Virus record (IMG/VR): IMGVR_UViG_2554235177_000006
DNA length: 9,293 nucleotides
Direction: 5' to 3' (one strand)
Origin: a virus
Taxonomy: Duplodnaviria > Heunggongvirae > Uroviricota > Caudoviricetes
Positions 1 to 6,571 of this stretch are shown here, in pieces. Under the pieces are notes generated by a model. That model had not been told where the DNA came from and made no database searches. It saw only the letters and a program-made list of their open reading frames with translations. The position numbers and the translations under genes are program-made. Numbering within the stretch: the stretch's first letter is position 1; each line of letters opens with the position of its first letter.

Positions 1-78
1 GGTGAGTTTGTCACTTCATTACAGGCATTGAAAGAGATCGGAATAAAAGCTGGCTTTTCTGCTTTTGCAGAAGAATAA
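1..78 (+). CDS. 3' end of an upstream ORF (partial, product unknown)
   Basis: Frame open from the window edge to TAA at 76-78 (...GEFVTSLQALKEIGIKAGFSAFAEE*). No start visible, identity not determinable. Confidence 0.3.
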   Translation, partial: GEFVTSLQALKEIGIKAGFSAFAEE

Positions 79-144
79 ACTCATCTACAATCTTGCGCGG
101 GGCTGAACTCCCGCTGAGTAACACCGTGCCACCGGAGAAAACCG

Positions 145-423
145 ATGGCACGCAACGCAAAATATTACAATCATGATAATTCGACCGTTCTTGCCCACAC
201 GCACGAGCGGTATTCTCATGCATTTAAGTCAGACTGGTACCAGCATCCCCCATGCACTGAAGAACAGGCCGAGTGGCTAATTCAGTGCTACCGCAGACAC
301 GGATACGAGATTAAGAAAGCCCTCAGCCTCGATTATCGTCACTGGATAATCTCCGTCAGGCTCCCTTACTCCGAACGGCCACCGCGTCCGTCCCGCACAT
401 TCCAGCAACGCATCTGGAGGTAA
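145..423 (+). CDS. Hypothetical small nin-region protein (92 aa)
   Basis: ATG at 145 preceded by GGAG about 8 nt upstream; the stop TAA at 421-423 is 1 nt before the GTG start of the next gene, suggesting translational coupling. Family not recognised. Confidence 0.5.
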   Translation: MARNAKYYNHDNSTVLAHTHERYSHAFKSDWYQHPPCTEEQAEWLIQCYRRHGYEIKKALSLDYRHWIISVRLPYSERPPRPSRTFQQRIWR

Positions 424-424
424 C

Positions 425-1483
425 GTGCGGGTATTACTTCGACCTGTTCTGGTACCGGAACTTGGGCTGGTGGTGCTAAAACCGGGCCGTGAATCCATGC
501 CGGTATTCCACAATACCCGGGTACTGGTGGAGCCGGAACCGAAAAGCATGCGTAATCTGTCGTCCGGGGTCGTTCCTGCCGTTCGCCAGCCGCTGGCGGA
601 GGATAAATCATTACTGCCATTTTTCAGCGACGAACGAGTGATTCGTGCTGCTGGTGGCGCTGGCGCATTGTCTGACTGGTTACTGCGCCATGTTAAATCC
701 TGCCAGTGGCCACACGGCGATTATCACCACAGTGAAACCGTCATTCACCGTTATGGTACCGGCGCAATGGTGTTGTGCTGGCACTGCGACAACCAGCTGC
801 GCGACCAGACCTCCGAATCACTCGGGCAACTTGCTCACCAAAACCTGTCTGCATGGATGATTGACGTCATACGCCATGCAATGAATGGCTCGCAGGAACG
901 GGAATTATCGCTGGCTGAATTATCCTGGTGGGCGGTCCGCAATCAGGTGGCGGACGCGCTACCGGAAGCGGTATTACGTCGTTCGCTGGGGTTGCGTGCG
1001 GAAAAAATCCGCTCAATGTACCGTGAAAGCGACATCGTACCGGGAGAGCAGACCGCCACCAGCATACTGAAACAGCGCACAAAAAATCTTGCGCCGCTGC
1101 CTCACGCCCACCAGCAACAGAACCCACCACAGGAAAAGACGGTGGTCAGCATTGCCGTTGATCCGGAATCTCCGGCTCAGTATCTCCAGCGCCAGAAACC
1201 ACAACGGGAAGAGATGCCTGTATACACGCGCTGGGTAAAAACGCAGAAATGCATGACGTGTGGCAATCAGGCAGATGATCCGCATCACATCATTGGTCAT
1301 GGACTGGGAGGGATGGGAACAAAGGCTGACGATTTGTTTGTTATTCCGCTGTGTCGTAAATGCCATAACGAACTACACGCCGGGGTAAAAGATTTTGAAG
1401 AAAAACACGGTAGTCAGTTGTTGTTGCTGATTCGTTTTTTAATGCACGCGAGAAATTCGGGTGTTCTGAAGTGGAAAGCATAA
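425..1483 (+). CDS. DUF968/YdfU-like prophage protein with C-terminal HNH-type Cys/His motif (putative nuclease)
   Basis: GTG start 5 nt after GGAGG; 352 aa. C-terminus reads CMTCGNQADDPHHIIGHGLGG...LCRKCHNELH, i.e. CxxC...HH...CxxCH, the HNH pattern. Overall resemblance to Rac/Qin YdfU is from memory; position directly upstream of rusA fits the nin region. Confidence 0.65.
   Translation: MRVLLRPVLVPELGLVVLKPGRESMPVFHNTRVLVEPEPKSMRNLSSGVVPAVRQPLAEDKSLLPFFSDERVIRAAGGAGALSDWLLRHVKSCQWPHGDYHHSETVIHRYGTGAMVLCWHCDNQLRDQTSESLGQLAHQNLSAWMIDVIRHAMNGSQERELSLAELSWWAVRNQVADALPEAVLRRSLGLRAEKIRSMYRESDIVPGEQTATSILKQRTKNLAPLPHAHQQQNPPQEKTVVSIAVDPESPAQYLQRQKPQREEMPVYTRWVKTQKCMTCGNQADDPHHIIGHGLGGMGTKADDLFVIPLCRKCHNELHAGVKDFEEKHGSQLLLLIRFLMHARNSGVLKWKA
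466..473 (+). other. Chi octamer GCTGGTGG
   Basis: Exact match read in sequence. Confidence 0.9.
650..657 (+). other. Chi octamer GCTGGTGG
   Basis: Exact match read in sequence. Confidence 0.9.
1056..1063 (-). other. Chi octamer (CCACCAGC on + strand)
   Basis: Exact reverse-complement match. Confidence 0.9.
1108..1115 (-). other. Chi octamer (CCACCAGC on + strand)
   Basis: Exact reverse-complement match. Confidence 0.9.
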
Positions 1484-1852
1484 ATGACCGAACGCATAGA
1501 ATTTGTTTTGCCTTACTCGCCGACGGTGAACACTTACTGGCGACGCCGTGGCAGCACATATTTTGTATCAAAAGCCGGGGAGCGTTATCGCCGGGCAGTG
1601 GCGCTTATTGTTCGCCAGCAGCGACTGAAATTAAGCCTGTCCGGACGGCTGGCAATAAAAATTATTGCAGAGCCACCGGATAAGCGTCGTCGTGACCTGG
1701 ACAATATTCTGAAAGCACCACTGGATGCGCTGACGCACGCGGGGTTGTTAATGGACGATGAGCAGTTTGATGAAATCAATATTGTACGTGGCCAGCCAGT
1801 ATCTGGTGGACGGCTGGAGATAAGAATTACAGAGGTGGGTGTGCATGAATAA
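1484..1852 (+). CDS. rusA: Crossover junction endodeoxyribonuclease RusA (Holliday junction resolvase)
   Basis: 122 aa; shares the RRRDLDN catalytic-region motif and the GGRLE(I/L)xITE(V/M)G C-terminus with E. coli RusA (120 aa). ATG immediately follows the upstream stop (TAAATG). Confidence 0.9.
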   Translation: MTERIEFVLPYSPTVNTYWRRRGSTYFVSKAGERYRRAVALIVRQQRLKLSLSGRLAIKIIAEPPDKRRRDLDNILKAPLDALTHAGLLMDDEQFDEINIVRGQPVSGGRLEIRITEVGVHE

Positions 1853-2534
1853 CCAGTATTTACAGTTTGTTCGTGAGCAACTCATGATTGCCACTGCAGA
1901 TCTCAGTGGGTCGACAAAATGCCAGCTGGAAGCCTGGCAGGAAAATGCCCTGTTCGATACAGGGCGTTACAGACGCAAAAAAATTCGTTACCGCGATGAG
2001 GTAACCGGAAAAATGATCACGCGGGATAATCCCCCGATCCAGGGTAAACAATCACTGGCGAAAGGCTCATCAATTGCGCTGGTCAGTCCTGTTGAGTTTG
2101 CAACATCATCGTGGCGGCGTGCTGTTCTGGAACTGGAAGAACATCAGAAGGCGTGGTTGTTGTGGTGTTATGGCGGAAACATTTGCTGGGAGCATCAGAT
2201 CGCGATAACGCAGTGGGGGTGGAGTGAATTTAAAACTCAGTCCGGCTCCAGAAAAATTGCAGTGAAAACGCTGGAGCGTGTGAAGAAGTTGATCTGGCTG
2301 GCGGCACAGGATGTCAGAGGATGGGTTACCGGGTGTGAGGTCTACCAGAGACAGGAGCTTGCCAGACTGTGTGGAGTTAAGCCTGATAACTGGAGCCATA
2401 ATTATGCGAACTACTGGCGTGAGATGTGCGATATTTTTAAGCGCCTCGATAGAGAATCCTTGATTTGCTCCGTGAAAATAAGAGCGCAACAAAAAGCGAC
2501 CTTTTCACGACGAGATATTGCAAAAGTCAATTAA
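1845..2534 (+). CDS. Putative late-gene antiterminator Q (QuuQ-like family), identity by position
   Basis: 229-aa ORF whose ATG overlaps the rusA stop (ATGAATAA); lies between rusA and a strong intrinsic terminator, upstream of the lysis genes, exactly where Q sits in lambdoid phages. Not lambda-Q-like in sequence (no obvious zinc finger); family assignment unverified. Confidence 0.5.
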   Translation: MNNQYLQFVREQLMIATADLSGSTKCQLEAWQENALFDTGRYRRKKIRYRDEVTGKMITRDNPPIQGKQSLAKGSSIALVSPVEFATSSWRRAVLELEEHQKAWLLWCYGGNICWEHQIAITQWGWSEFKTQSGSRKIAVKTLERVKKLIWLAAQDVRGWVTGCEVYQRQELARLCGVKPDNWSHNYANYWREMCDIFKRLDRESLICSVKIRAQQKATFSRRDIAKVN

Positions 2535-2593
2535 ATCGCGTATGTTTCGTATAAATCTGATATTTTGCCGATTTTGTACGTGATGGCAAAGTA

Positions 2594-2623
2594 AGAAAAA
2601 ACCACCGCCAGGTGGTTTTTTTT
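2594..2623 (+). terminator. Rho-independent terminator (tR'-like) downstream of Q
   Basis: A-run, perfect 7-bp stem AACCACC/GGTGGTT (2600-2606 / 2611-2617) with 4-nt loop, then T8 run. Likely ends the short constitutive late-promoter transcript. Confidence 0.7.
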
Positions 2624-2655
2624 ATGTCCGAAAATCGCGTCAGTACAGTAAACGC

Positions 2656-2663
2656 GCTGGTGG
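2656..2663 (+). other. Chi octamer GCTGGTGG
   Basis: Exact match read in sequence. Confidence 0.9.
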
Positions 2664-2746
2664 TTGCGAATACGGGTCTTTCAGCTTGCCGGCTTTTTCG
2701 ACAAGAGTTATTGGTATGTCACGTTAACCGGAAAAGGGAAAAAGAC

Positions 2747-2944
2747 ATGCTAAAACAGCAGGATATGACAGAAGCCGCCAGAGTGGTGTTTAATGAATTA
2801 AGCGTTACCGACCCGGCGACAGTCAGGGAGATTGCACAGAATACTTACCTTTCACGCGAACGCTGCCAGTTAATACTGACCCAGCTTGTTATGGCGGGTC
2901 TGGCAGACTATCAGTTTGGTTGTTACAGACACCTTCAGTCCTGA
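2747..2944 (+). CDS. Hypothetical small protein (65 aa), possibly helix-turn-helix; alternative start at ATG 2624 would give 106 aa
   Basis: ORF in the Q-S cargo region; ATG 2747 follows a purine-rich AAGGGAAAAAG stretch. Segment TVREIAQNTYLSRERCQLILTQL looks HTH-like by eye. Start ambiguous. Confidence 0.4.
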   Translation: MLKQQDMTEAARVVFNELSVTDPATVREIAQNTYLSRERCQLILTQLVMAGLADYQFGCYRHLQS

Positions 2945-2956
2945 AGGCTTTTTTAT
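2932..2956 (+). terminator. Putative intrinsic terminator after the 2747-2944 ORF
   Basis: 6-bp stem CCTTCA/TGAAGG with 4-nt loop, then CTTTTTTATTT; overlaps the stop codon of the preceding ORF. Confidence 0.5.
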
Positions 2957-2972
2957 TTGTGGTAAATGGGCG

Positions 2973-2980
2973 GCTGGTGG
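2973..2980 (+). other. Chi octamer GCTGGTGG
   Basis: Exact match read in sequence. Confidence 0.9.
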
Positions 2981-3257
2981 GTGTGGTGGTTGTTGCTTTC
3001 CCGTTGCTGAAAAAGAAAACGCCAGACTGTTAGCCGGGTATCAGTTAGCGGGAGAAATTTTTAAATACTTCACAATTCAGGCGGTTGACTGTTGTCTGGT
3101 TTGCGGGGAGTTTGTTAAAAGAAACTGGCATGGTGAATCCCCCTGTGCGGAGGGGCAATCAGCGAGTAGGTATATGGGATAATCGCGGATTCAGGTGCTG
3201 GTACTGAATTCACCGGGAGGCACCCGGCACCATGCAATGGCACATAGCGCCACTCTC

Positions 3258-3294
3258 CAGCCCCTCTCCGGAGGGGCTGTTTATATTGATTTTG
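3258..3294 (+). terminator. Intrinsic terminator (GC-rich hairpin plus T-rich tail)
   Basis: Perfect 9-bp stem CAGCCCCTC/GAGGGGCTG with TCCG loop (3258-3279), then TTTATATTGATTTTG. Confidence 0.6.
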
Positions 3295-3313
3295 TCAGAT
3301 GTGAGTAAACTCC

Positions 3314-3649
3314 TTATGGACTTTGTTGTTTTAGCCCATAAGGACATATTTGCAGAGTGCAACGGTTATTAAAGCATTCATTCAATACGTTATCTGTATT
3401 TGTAGGGCATTCCTGGCTGTTTTTGATTAAATTCCAGAATGTTTTATTGAATGGTACTACGTTGTAAATGGTTACAGGTAGCACTTTGTTATTGAGCATG
3501 ATACCTGTGTGAGTCAGTGTAAATATACTTTCAGGAGGTAAGAAAGCATCCGATTGATACCAGATTATTAATTTTATTTTACTCCATATGACTGAAAAAG
3601 ATATTCCGCATGATGGCTGGATAACTGTATCAATCACAATCCACTTCAT
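3314..3649 (-). CDS. Hypothetical protein (111 aa) in an AT-rich island, opposite to the late operon
   Basis: Clean 336-nt ORF in strongly AT-rich DNA, where stop codons are frequent, so unlikely by chance. AGGAA about 5 nt upstream of the ATG; candidate sigma70 promoter upstream on the minus strand (TTTACA, about 15-16 nt spacer, TATACT). No recognisable family. Confidence 0.4.
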   Translation of the reverse strand: MKWIVIDTVIQPSCGISFSVIWSKIKLIIWYQSDAFLPPESIFTLTHTGIMLNNKVLPVTIYNVVPFNKTFWNLIKNSQECPTNTDNVLNECFNNRCTLQICPYGLKQQSP

Positions 3650-3909
3650 TTAGTTTCCTTGTTTATGCCTTGCTGGTGATGTTCTGAAAAGTATAAATGA
3701 TATTTTTGATTGTAAACCATAGAGCAGAATTATTTTTCTGATGTTGTTTATTGTTTATTTAAATGCAGGGTGGTTTATATCTCGTCTTGTAGTTTATCCA
3801 TGCATATCTGCTTGATGATGAGGTTTTTATTTAAGGTATGGTTTTGTGTTTTTTCTGTATTACATGTCAGGTATTTTAAAGAATCATTTTTCAGATGGTG
3901 GAAAGAACC

Positions 3910-4098
3910 ATGGCATTTAAACACTATGATGTTGTCAGGGCGGCGTCGCCGTCAGATCTTGCGGAAAAGCTGACACATAAACTGAAAGAGGGCTGGCAGC
4001 CGTTTGGTAGTCCGGTGGCCATAACCCCTTATACCCTGATGCAGGCGATTGCAGCAGAAGGTGATGTGGTGGTCAGTGGTGCAACTGAGCCGGAGTGA
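3910..4098 (+). CDS. Small prophage protein, DUF1737-like (62 aa)
   Basis: ATG 3910 preceded by GGTGGAAAG; about 60-aa protein (MAFKHYDVVRAASPSDLAEKL...EGWQPFGSPV...) resembling, from memory, the small DUF1737 proteins found between Q and lysis genes in enterobacterial prophages. Confidence 0.55.
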   Translation: MAFKHYDVVRAASPSDLAEKLTHKLKEGWQPFGSPVAITPYTLMQAIAAEGDVVVSGATEPE

Positions 4099-4256
4099 TA
4101 CTACGTCATCGTACTGGCCCGGCATTCCAGGCCATAAAAGACGGTCTGGCAGTGGGACTAAATGCACTGACGCTGACGGATATTACCAAAAATGCAACGT
4201 ATGGCGTTGAGATAGAAAGTCTGGTGCTGGAGATAAATGCACCGGCATCATCATAA
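4095..4256 (+). CDS. Small hypothetical ORF (53 aa) possibly translationally coupled to the upstream gene
   Basis: GTG at 4095 overlaps the upstream TGA (GTGA), with GGAG just upstream; runs to TAA at 4254-4256. Below the ORF-track length cutoff; found by manual translation. Speculative. Confidence 0.3.
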   Translation: MILRHRTGPAFQAIKDGLAVGLNALTLTDITKNATYGVEIESLVLEINAPASS

Positions 4257-4341
4257 AAAGTGAGCCAGTCAAATGGAAGGTATCGTTAAACTCACCGGTA
4301 GTGTCAGTGGGTCGTCTGAGACGCCTGCATGAGTTATCAGA

Positions 4342-4371
4342 GCCATCAGTACTTAACTGGTGGCTTTTTTA
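4342..4371 (+). terminator. Putative intrinsic terminator immediately upstream of the lysis cassette
   Basis: 8-bp stem GCCATCAG/CTGGTGGC (one G-U wobble) with 7-nt loop, then TTTTTTATTGTTG. Would insulate lysis genes from cargo-region transcription unless RNA polymerase is Q-modified. Confidence 0.5.
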
Positions 4372-4405
4372 TTGTTGTCAGCTTCCGGATAACGGGAGAC
4401 GGGGT

Positions 4406-4621
4406 ATGTACCAGATGGAAAAAATCACAACAGGTGTGTCATACACCACGTCAGCGGTGGGAACGGGCTACTGGTTCCTGCAGTTGCTGGACAGGGTTTC
4501 CCCGTCTCAGTGGGCGGCAATAGGCGTGCTGGGGAGTCTGCTGTTTGGGCTGCTGACATATCTGACTAACCTGTATTTCAAAATCAAAGAGGACCGGCGT
4601 AAGGCGGCGCGGGGAGAGTAA
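4406..4621 (+). CDS. S: Class II holin / pinholin, phage 21 S21-like, with dual start motif
   Basis: 71 aa from ATG 4406, with a second in-frame ATG at codon 4 (4415) giving 68 aa, the S21-71/S21-68 arrangement. Core GYWFLQ...[15 protein letters not shown]...[11 protein letters not shown](K/R)[10 protein letters not shown] closely matches S21 as I recall it. Confidence 0.85.
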   Translation: MYQMEKITTGVSYTTSAVGTGYWFLQLLDRVSPSQWAAIGVLGSLLFGLLTYLTNLYFKIKEDRRKAARGE

Positions 4622-4625
4622 AGTG

Positions 4626-5516
4626 ATGAATAAAAAATATGAACTGGTTGTTAAGGGGATAAATAATTACGGGGATAAGGTTACTGTTACTGTGAAGTCG
4701 GAAGGTGACGGGCAAGCGTCGCTGTTGTTGCCAGATGTGGCGATTAGTCTTGACCGTACTGAAGGTGCCACGCTGGAGTTTTACGAAGCTGAGGCGAAAA
4801 AGCAGGCGAAGCAGTTTTTCATGGATGTTGCTGCCGGGTTATGTGAATGGAACGAACCGTTGCCGGAAAAGCGCCCCGTAATTTTAGAGGCGCAGGATGT
4901 GTTGATAACCTACAAAGGAAAGCTACCGGGAAGAATTACTTGTTCTCTGAAGATGCCGCCGTCAACACTGCGGTCAGAAAAAGATGATGTTGAATCACGT
5001 ATTGAAAAACTGGAGAGCTACGTCGTTGAGCTGAATAAGAAATGGTCGATATTGGTGCCTTCTGGCGATGAAAAGCAGTTTGCTGCGTTTGACGATTATT
5101 GTCGGAAAGTGATGAGCAGAAATCTCGCAGAGTGTTTCAGTATTCATAATGATAATTTCAGTGACCCGGAATGGGAGTGTAACCGGCCATCCTTTGTTGT
5201 ATCCGGTGATGCTGGGAAAATAACCATCTCAGAAAATGGGAAAGTAACACCTCCATCGCACCAGCACAGTGAGGAGCTCATTGAATTTGCCATTGATTAC
5301 CTGAAGAACAATAAAAAGCAGGGGCTGATGAAGCGCGTTGGCCGTTGCATGGGATATCTTCAGGTAGCCGCTGAGATTGAAGCGCTGGCCAGTGGTGCTG
5401 ATAAGGATGCAATTGTGCGGGAGGCTCTTCTTCGTGATTTTAATACTCCACCCTTTAAAAAAGTGCCGGCTTACTGGCTTCATCCGGGGCTGACTTATCT
5501 TAAAGTGCGTATTTAG
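4626..5516 (+). CDS. Hypothetical protein (296 aa) inserted between holin and endolysin; function unknown
   Basis: ATG 4626 lies 4 nt after the holin stop, with GGGGAGAG upstream; long clean ORF ending TAG 5514-5516, 36 nt before the endolysin start. No transmembrane segment or catalytic motif recognised by eye; contains a charged helical stretch (RSEKDDVESRIEKLESYVVELNKKW). Confidence 0.7.
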   Translation: MNKKYELVVKGINNYGDKVTVTVKSEGDGQASLLLPDVAISLDRTEGATLEFYEAEAKKQAKQFFMDVAAGLCEWNEPLPEKRPVILEAQDVLITYKGKLPGRITCSLKMPPSTLRSEKDDVESRIEKLESYVVELNKKWSILVPSGDEKQFAAFDDYCRKVMSRNLAECFSIHNDNFSDPEWECNRPSFVVSGDAGKITISENGKVTPPSHQHSEELIEFAIDYLKNNKKQGLMKRVGRCMGYLQVAAEIEALASGADKDAIVREALLRDFNTPPFKKVPAYWLHPGLTYLKVRI

Positions 5517-5552
5517 TGGGCCAGGGACAGCGGCTGAATATTTAATATATCC

Positions 5553-6086
5553 ATGAACACCAAAATCAAATACGGCCTGTCGGCTGCCGTTCTGGCGCTG
5601 ATTGCCGCTGGTGCGCCTGCGCCTGACATTCTCGACCAGTTTCTGGATGAAAAGGAAGGCAACCACACCACGGCATACCGTGATGGTGCAGGTATCTGGA
5701 CCATCTGCCGTGGTGCCATCATGGTGGATGGCAAACCTGTCGTTCCGGGCATGAAGTTGTCGAAGGAAAAATGCGACCAGGTTAACGCCATTGAGCGTGA
5801 TAAAGCGCTGGCGTGGGTGGAGAAAAACATCAGAGTGCCGCTGACCGAACCCCAGAAAGCGGGGATCGCGTCATTCTGTCCGTACAACATTGGTCCCGGT
5901 AAGTGTTTCCCGTCGACGTTTTACAGACGAATTAATGCTGGTGATCGAAAAGGTGCCTGCGAAGCGATTCGCTGGTGGATTAAGGACGGTGGCAGAGACT
6001 GCCGTATTCGTTCAAACAACTGTTACGGTCAGGTATCCCGTCGTGACCAGGAGAGCGCGCTGGCGTGCTGGGGTATCGACAGATAA
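5553..6086 (+). CDS. R: SAR endolysin (T4-lysozyme-like, GH24; R21-like)
   Basis: N-terminal weakly hydrophobic Gly/Ala-rich segment (YGLSAAVLALIAAGAPA) typical of a signal-anchor-release domain; catalytic E-x8-D-x5-T spacing in EGNHTTAYRDGAGIWT. Confidence 0.9.
   Translation: MNTKIKYGLSAAVLALIAAGAPAPDILDQFLDEKEGNHTTAYRDGAGIWTICRGAIMVDGKPVVPGMKLSKEKCDQVNAIERDKALAWVEKNIRVPLTEPQKAGIASFCPYNIGPGKCFPSTFYRRINAGDRKGACEAIRWWIKDGGRDCRIRSNNCYGQVSRRDQESALACWGIDR
5971..5978 (+). other. Chi octamer GCTGGTGG
   Basis: Exact match read in sequence. Confidence 0.9.
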
Positions 6087-6242
6087 GCAGAATATTTTGC
6101 TGAAAAATGAGGAATGGCCACGCGGGCGGATAACACGAAATCCTGCGAACTGGCGAAACGTAAGTGAATAAAAGTAAAAACCCCGTTTGTTGGCACCAAG
6201 CGAGGTTTTGTGTTTCTGACCTTGAGTAAGGCAAGGGAGAAC

Positions 6243-6425
6243 ATGGCGAAGTGTAAACGAATTCTGTTGAGGTTGACTATGAAAAATGGCCTTGAACTGA
6301 AAGCGCCTGTAACTGATGACATCAGCAGAGCACTGGCTTTTGCCATTAAGTGGGTGGCGGTCGGTGTTGCTGTGTCCCCGATGCTGTATGGGCTGGCAAA
6401 ACTGGTCATTGCGTTGAAATCGTGA
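6243..6425 (+). CDS. Small putative membrane protein (60 aa) between endolysin and Rz
   Basis: ATG 6243 preceded by AAGGGAG; C-terminal hydrophobic stretch [27 protein letters not shown]. The stop is followed directly by the strong RBS of the next small ORF. Confidence 0.35.
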   Translation: MAKCKRILLRLTMKNGLELKAPVTDDISRALAFAIKWVAVGVAVSPMLYGLAKLVIALKS

Positions 6426-6439
6426 AGGGAGGATTAAGC

Positions 6440-6571
6440 ATGTCAGACAAACTCATAACGCTGGCGAAGATCCTCTGTGTAATTGTCGGCATTTCATTTT
6501 CACTAATGCTGGTTGCTCTTTTTCTTTCCATGGCCTGGATGATGTTGTCTTCGTCGGGGTTGCTGGGGTGA
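6440..6571 (+). CDS. Small putative single-pass membrane protein (43 aa) coupled to Rz
   Basis: Strong RBS GGGAGGA 7 nt upstream of ATG 6440; hydrophobic core [26 protein letters not shown]; stop TGA overlaps the GTG start of Rz (GTGA). Confidence 0.45.
   Translation: MSDKLITLAKILCVIVGISFSLMLVALFLSMAWMMLSSSGLLG

Noticed and set aside
11-620. Minus-strand ORFs 11-223, 277-549 and 366-620
   Set aside because: They overlap better-supported + strand genes (the 145-423 ORF and the DUF968 gene) in antisense frames and have no convincing RBS; probably frame artefacts of GC-rich coding sequence.
2886-3182. 98-aa Cys-rich ORF
   Set aside because: Starts only at a TTG inside the preceding gene, has no RBS and no in-frame ATG or GTG after the 2932-2956 terminator; treated as non-coding (see the sRNA candidate finding).
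2960-3300. Possible tRNA genes downstream of Q, as in Stx phages
   Set aside because: I found no cloverleaf-compatible acceptor and T-arm arrangement or GTTCGAATC-type T-loop; a GGTGAATCC stretch near 3133 does not sit in a tRNA-like context. Needs tRNAscan to exclude fully.
3770-3973. + strand 67-aa ORF in the AT-rich region
   Set aside because: No RBS, overlaps the better-supported DUF1737-like gene in another frame, and has low-complexity hydrophobic composition typical of AT-rich frame artefacts.
3952-4167. Minus-strand 71-aa ORF
   Set aside because: Antisense to the DUF1737-like gene and the coupled small ORF, with no start signals.
4329-4523. + strand 64-aa ORF overlapping the holin
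   Set aside because: Alternative frame of the well-supported pinholin gene.
5229-5890. Minus-strand ORFs 5229-5666 and 5513-5890
   Set aside because: Antisense to the 296-aa gene and the SAR endolysin; no independent support.
6176-6212. Possible hairpin or terminator after the endolysin
   Set aside because: The inverted repeat AAAACCCCG...CGAGGTTTT is imperfect and AT-rich at the base with a 15-nt loop; not convincing as an intrinsic terminator.
5890-6409. ORFs 5890-6171 (+), 5980-6234 (-) and 6029-6409 (-)
   Set aside because: They overlap the endolysin 3' end or the small membrane-protein genes in other frames, with no RBS seen.
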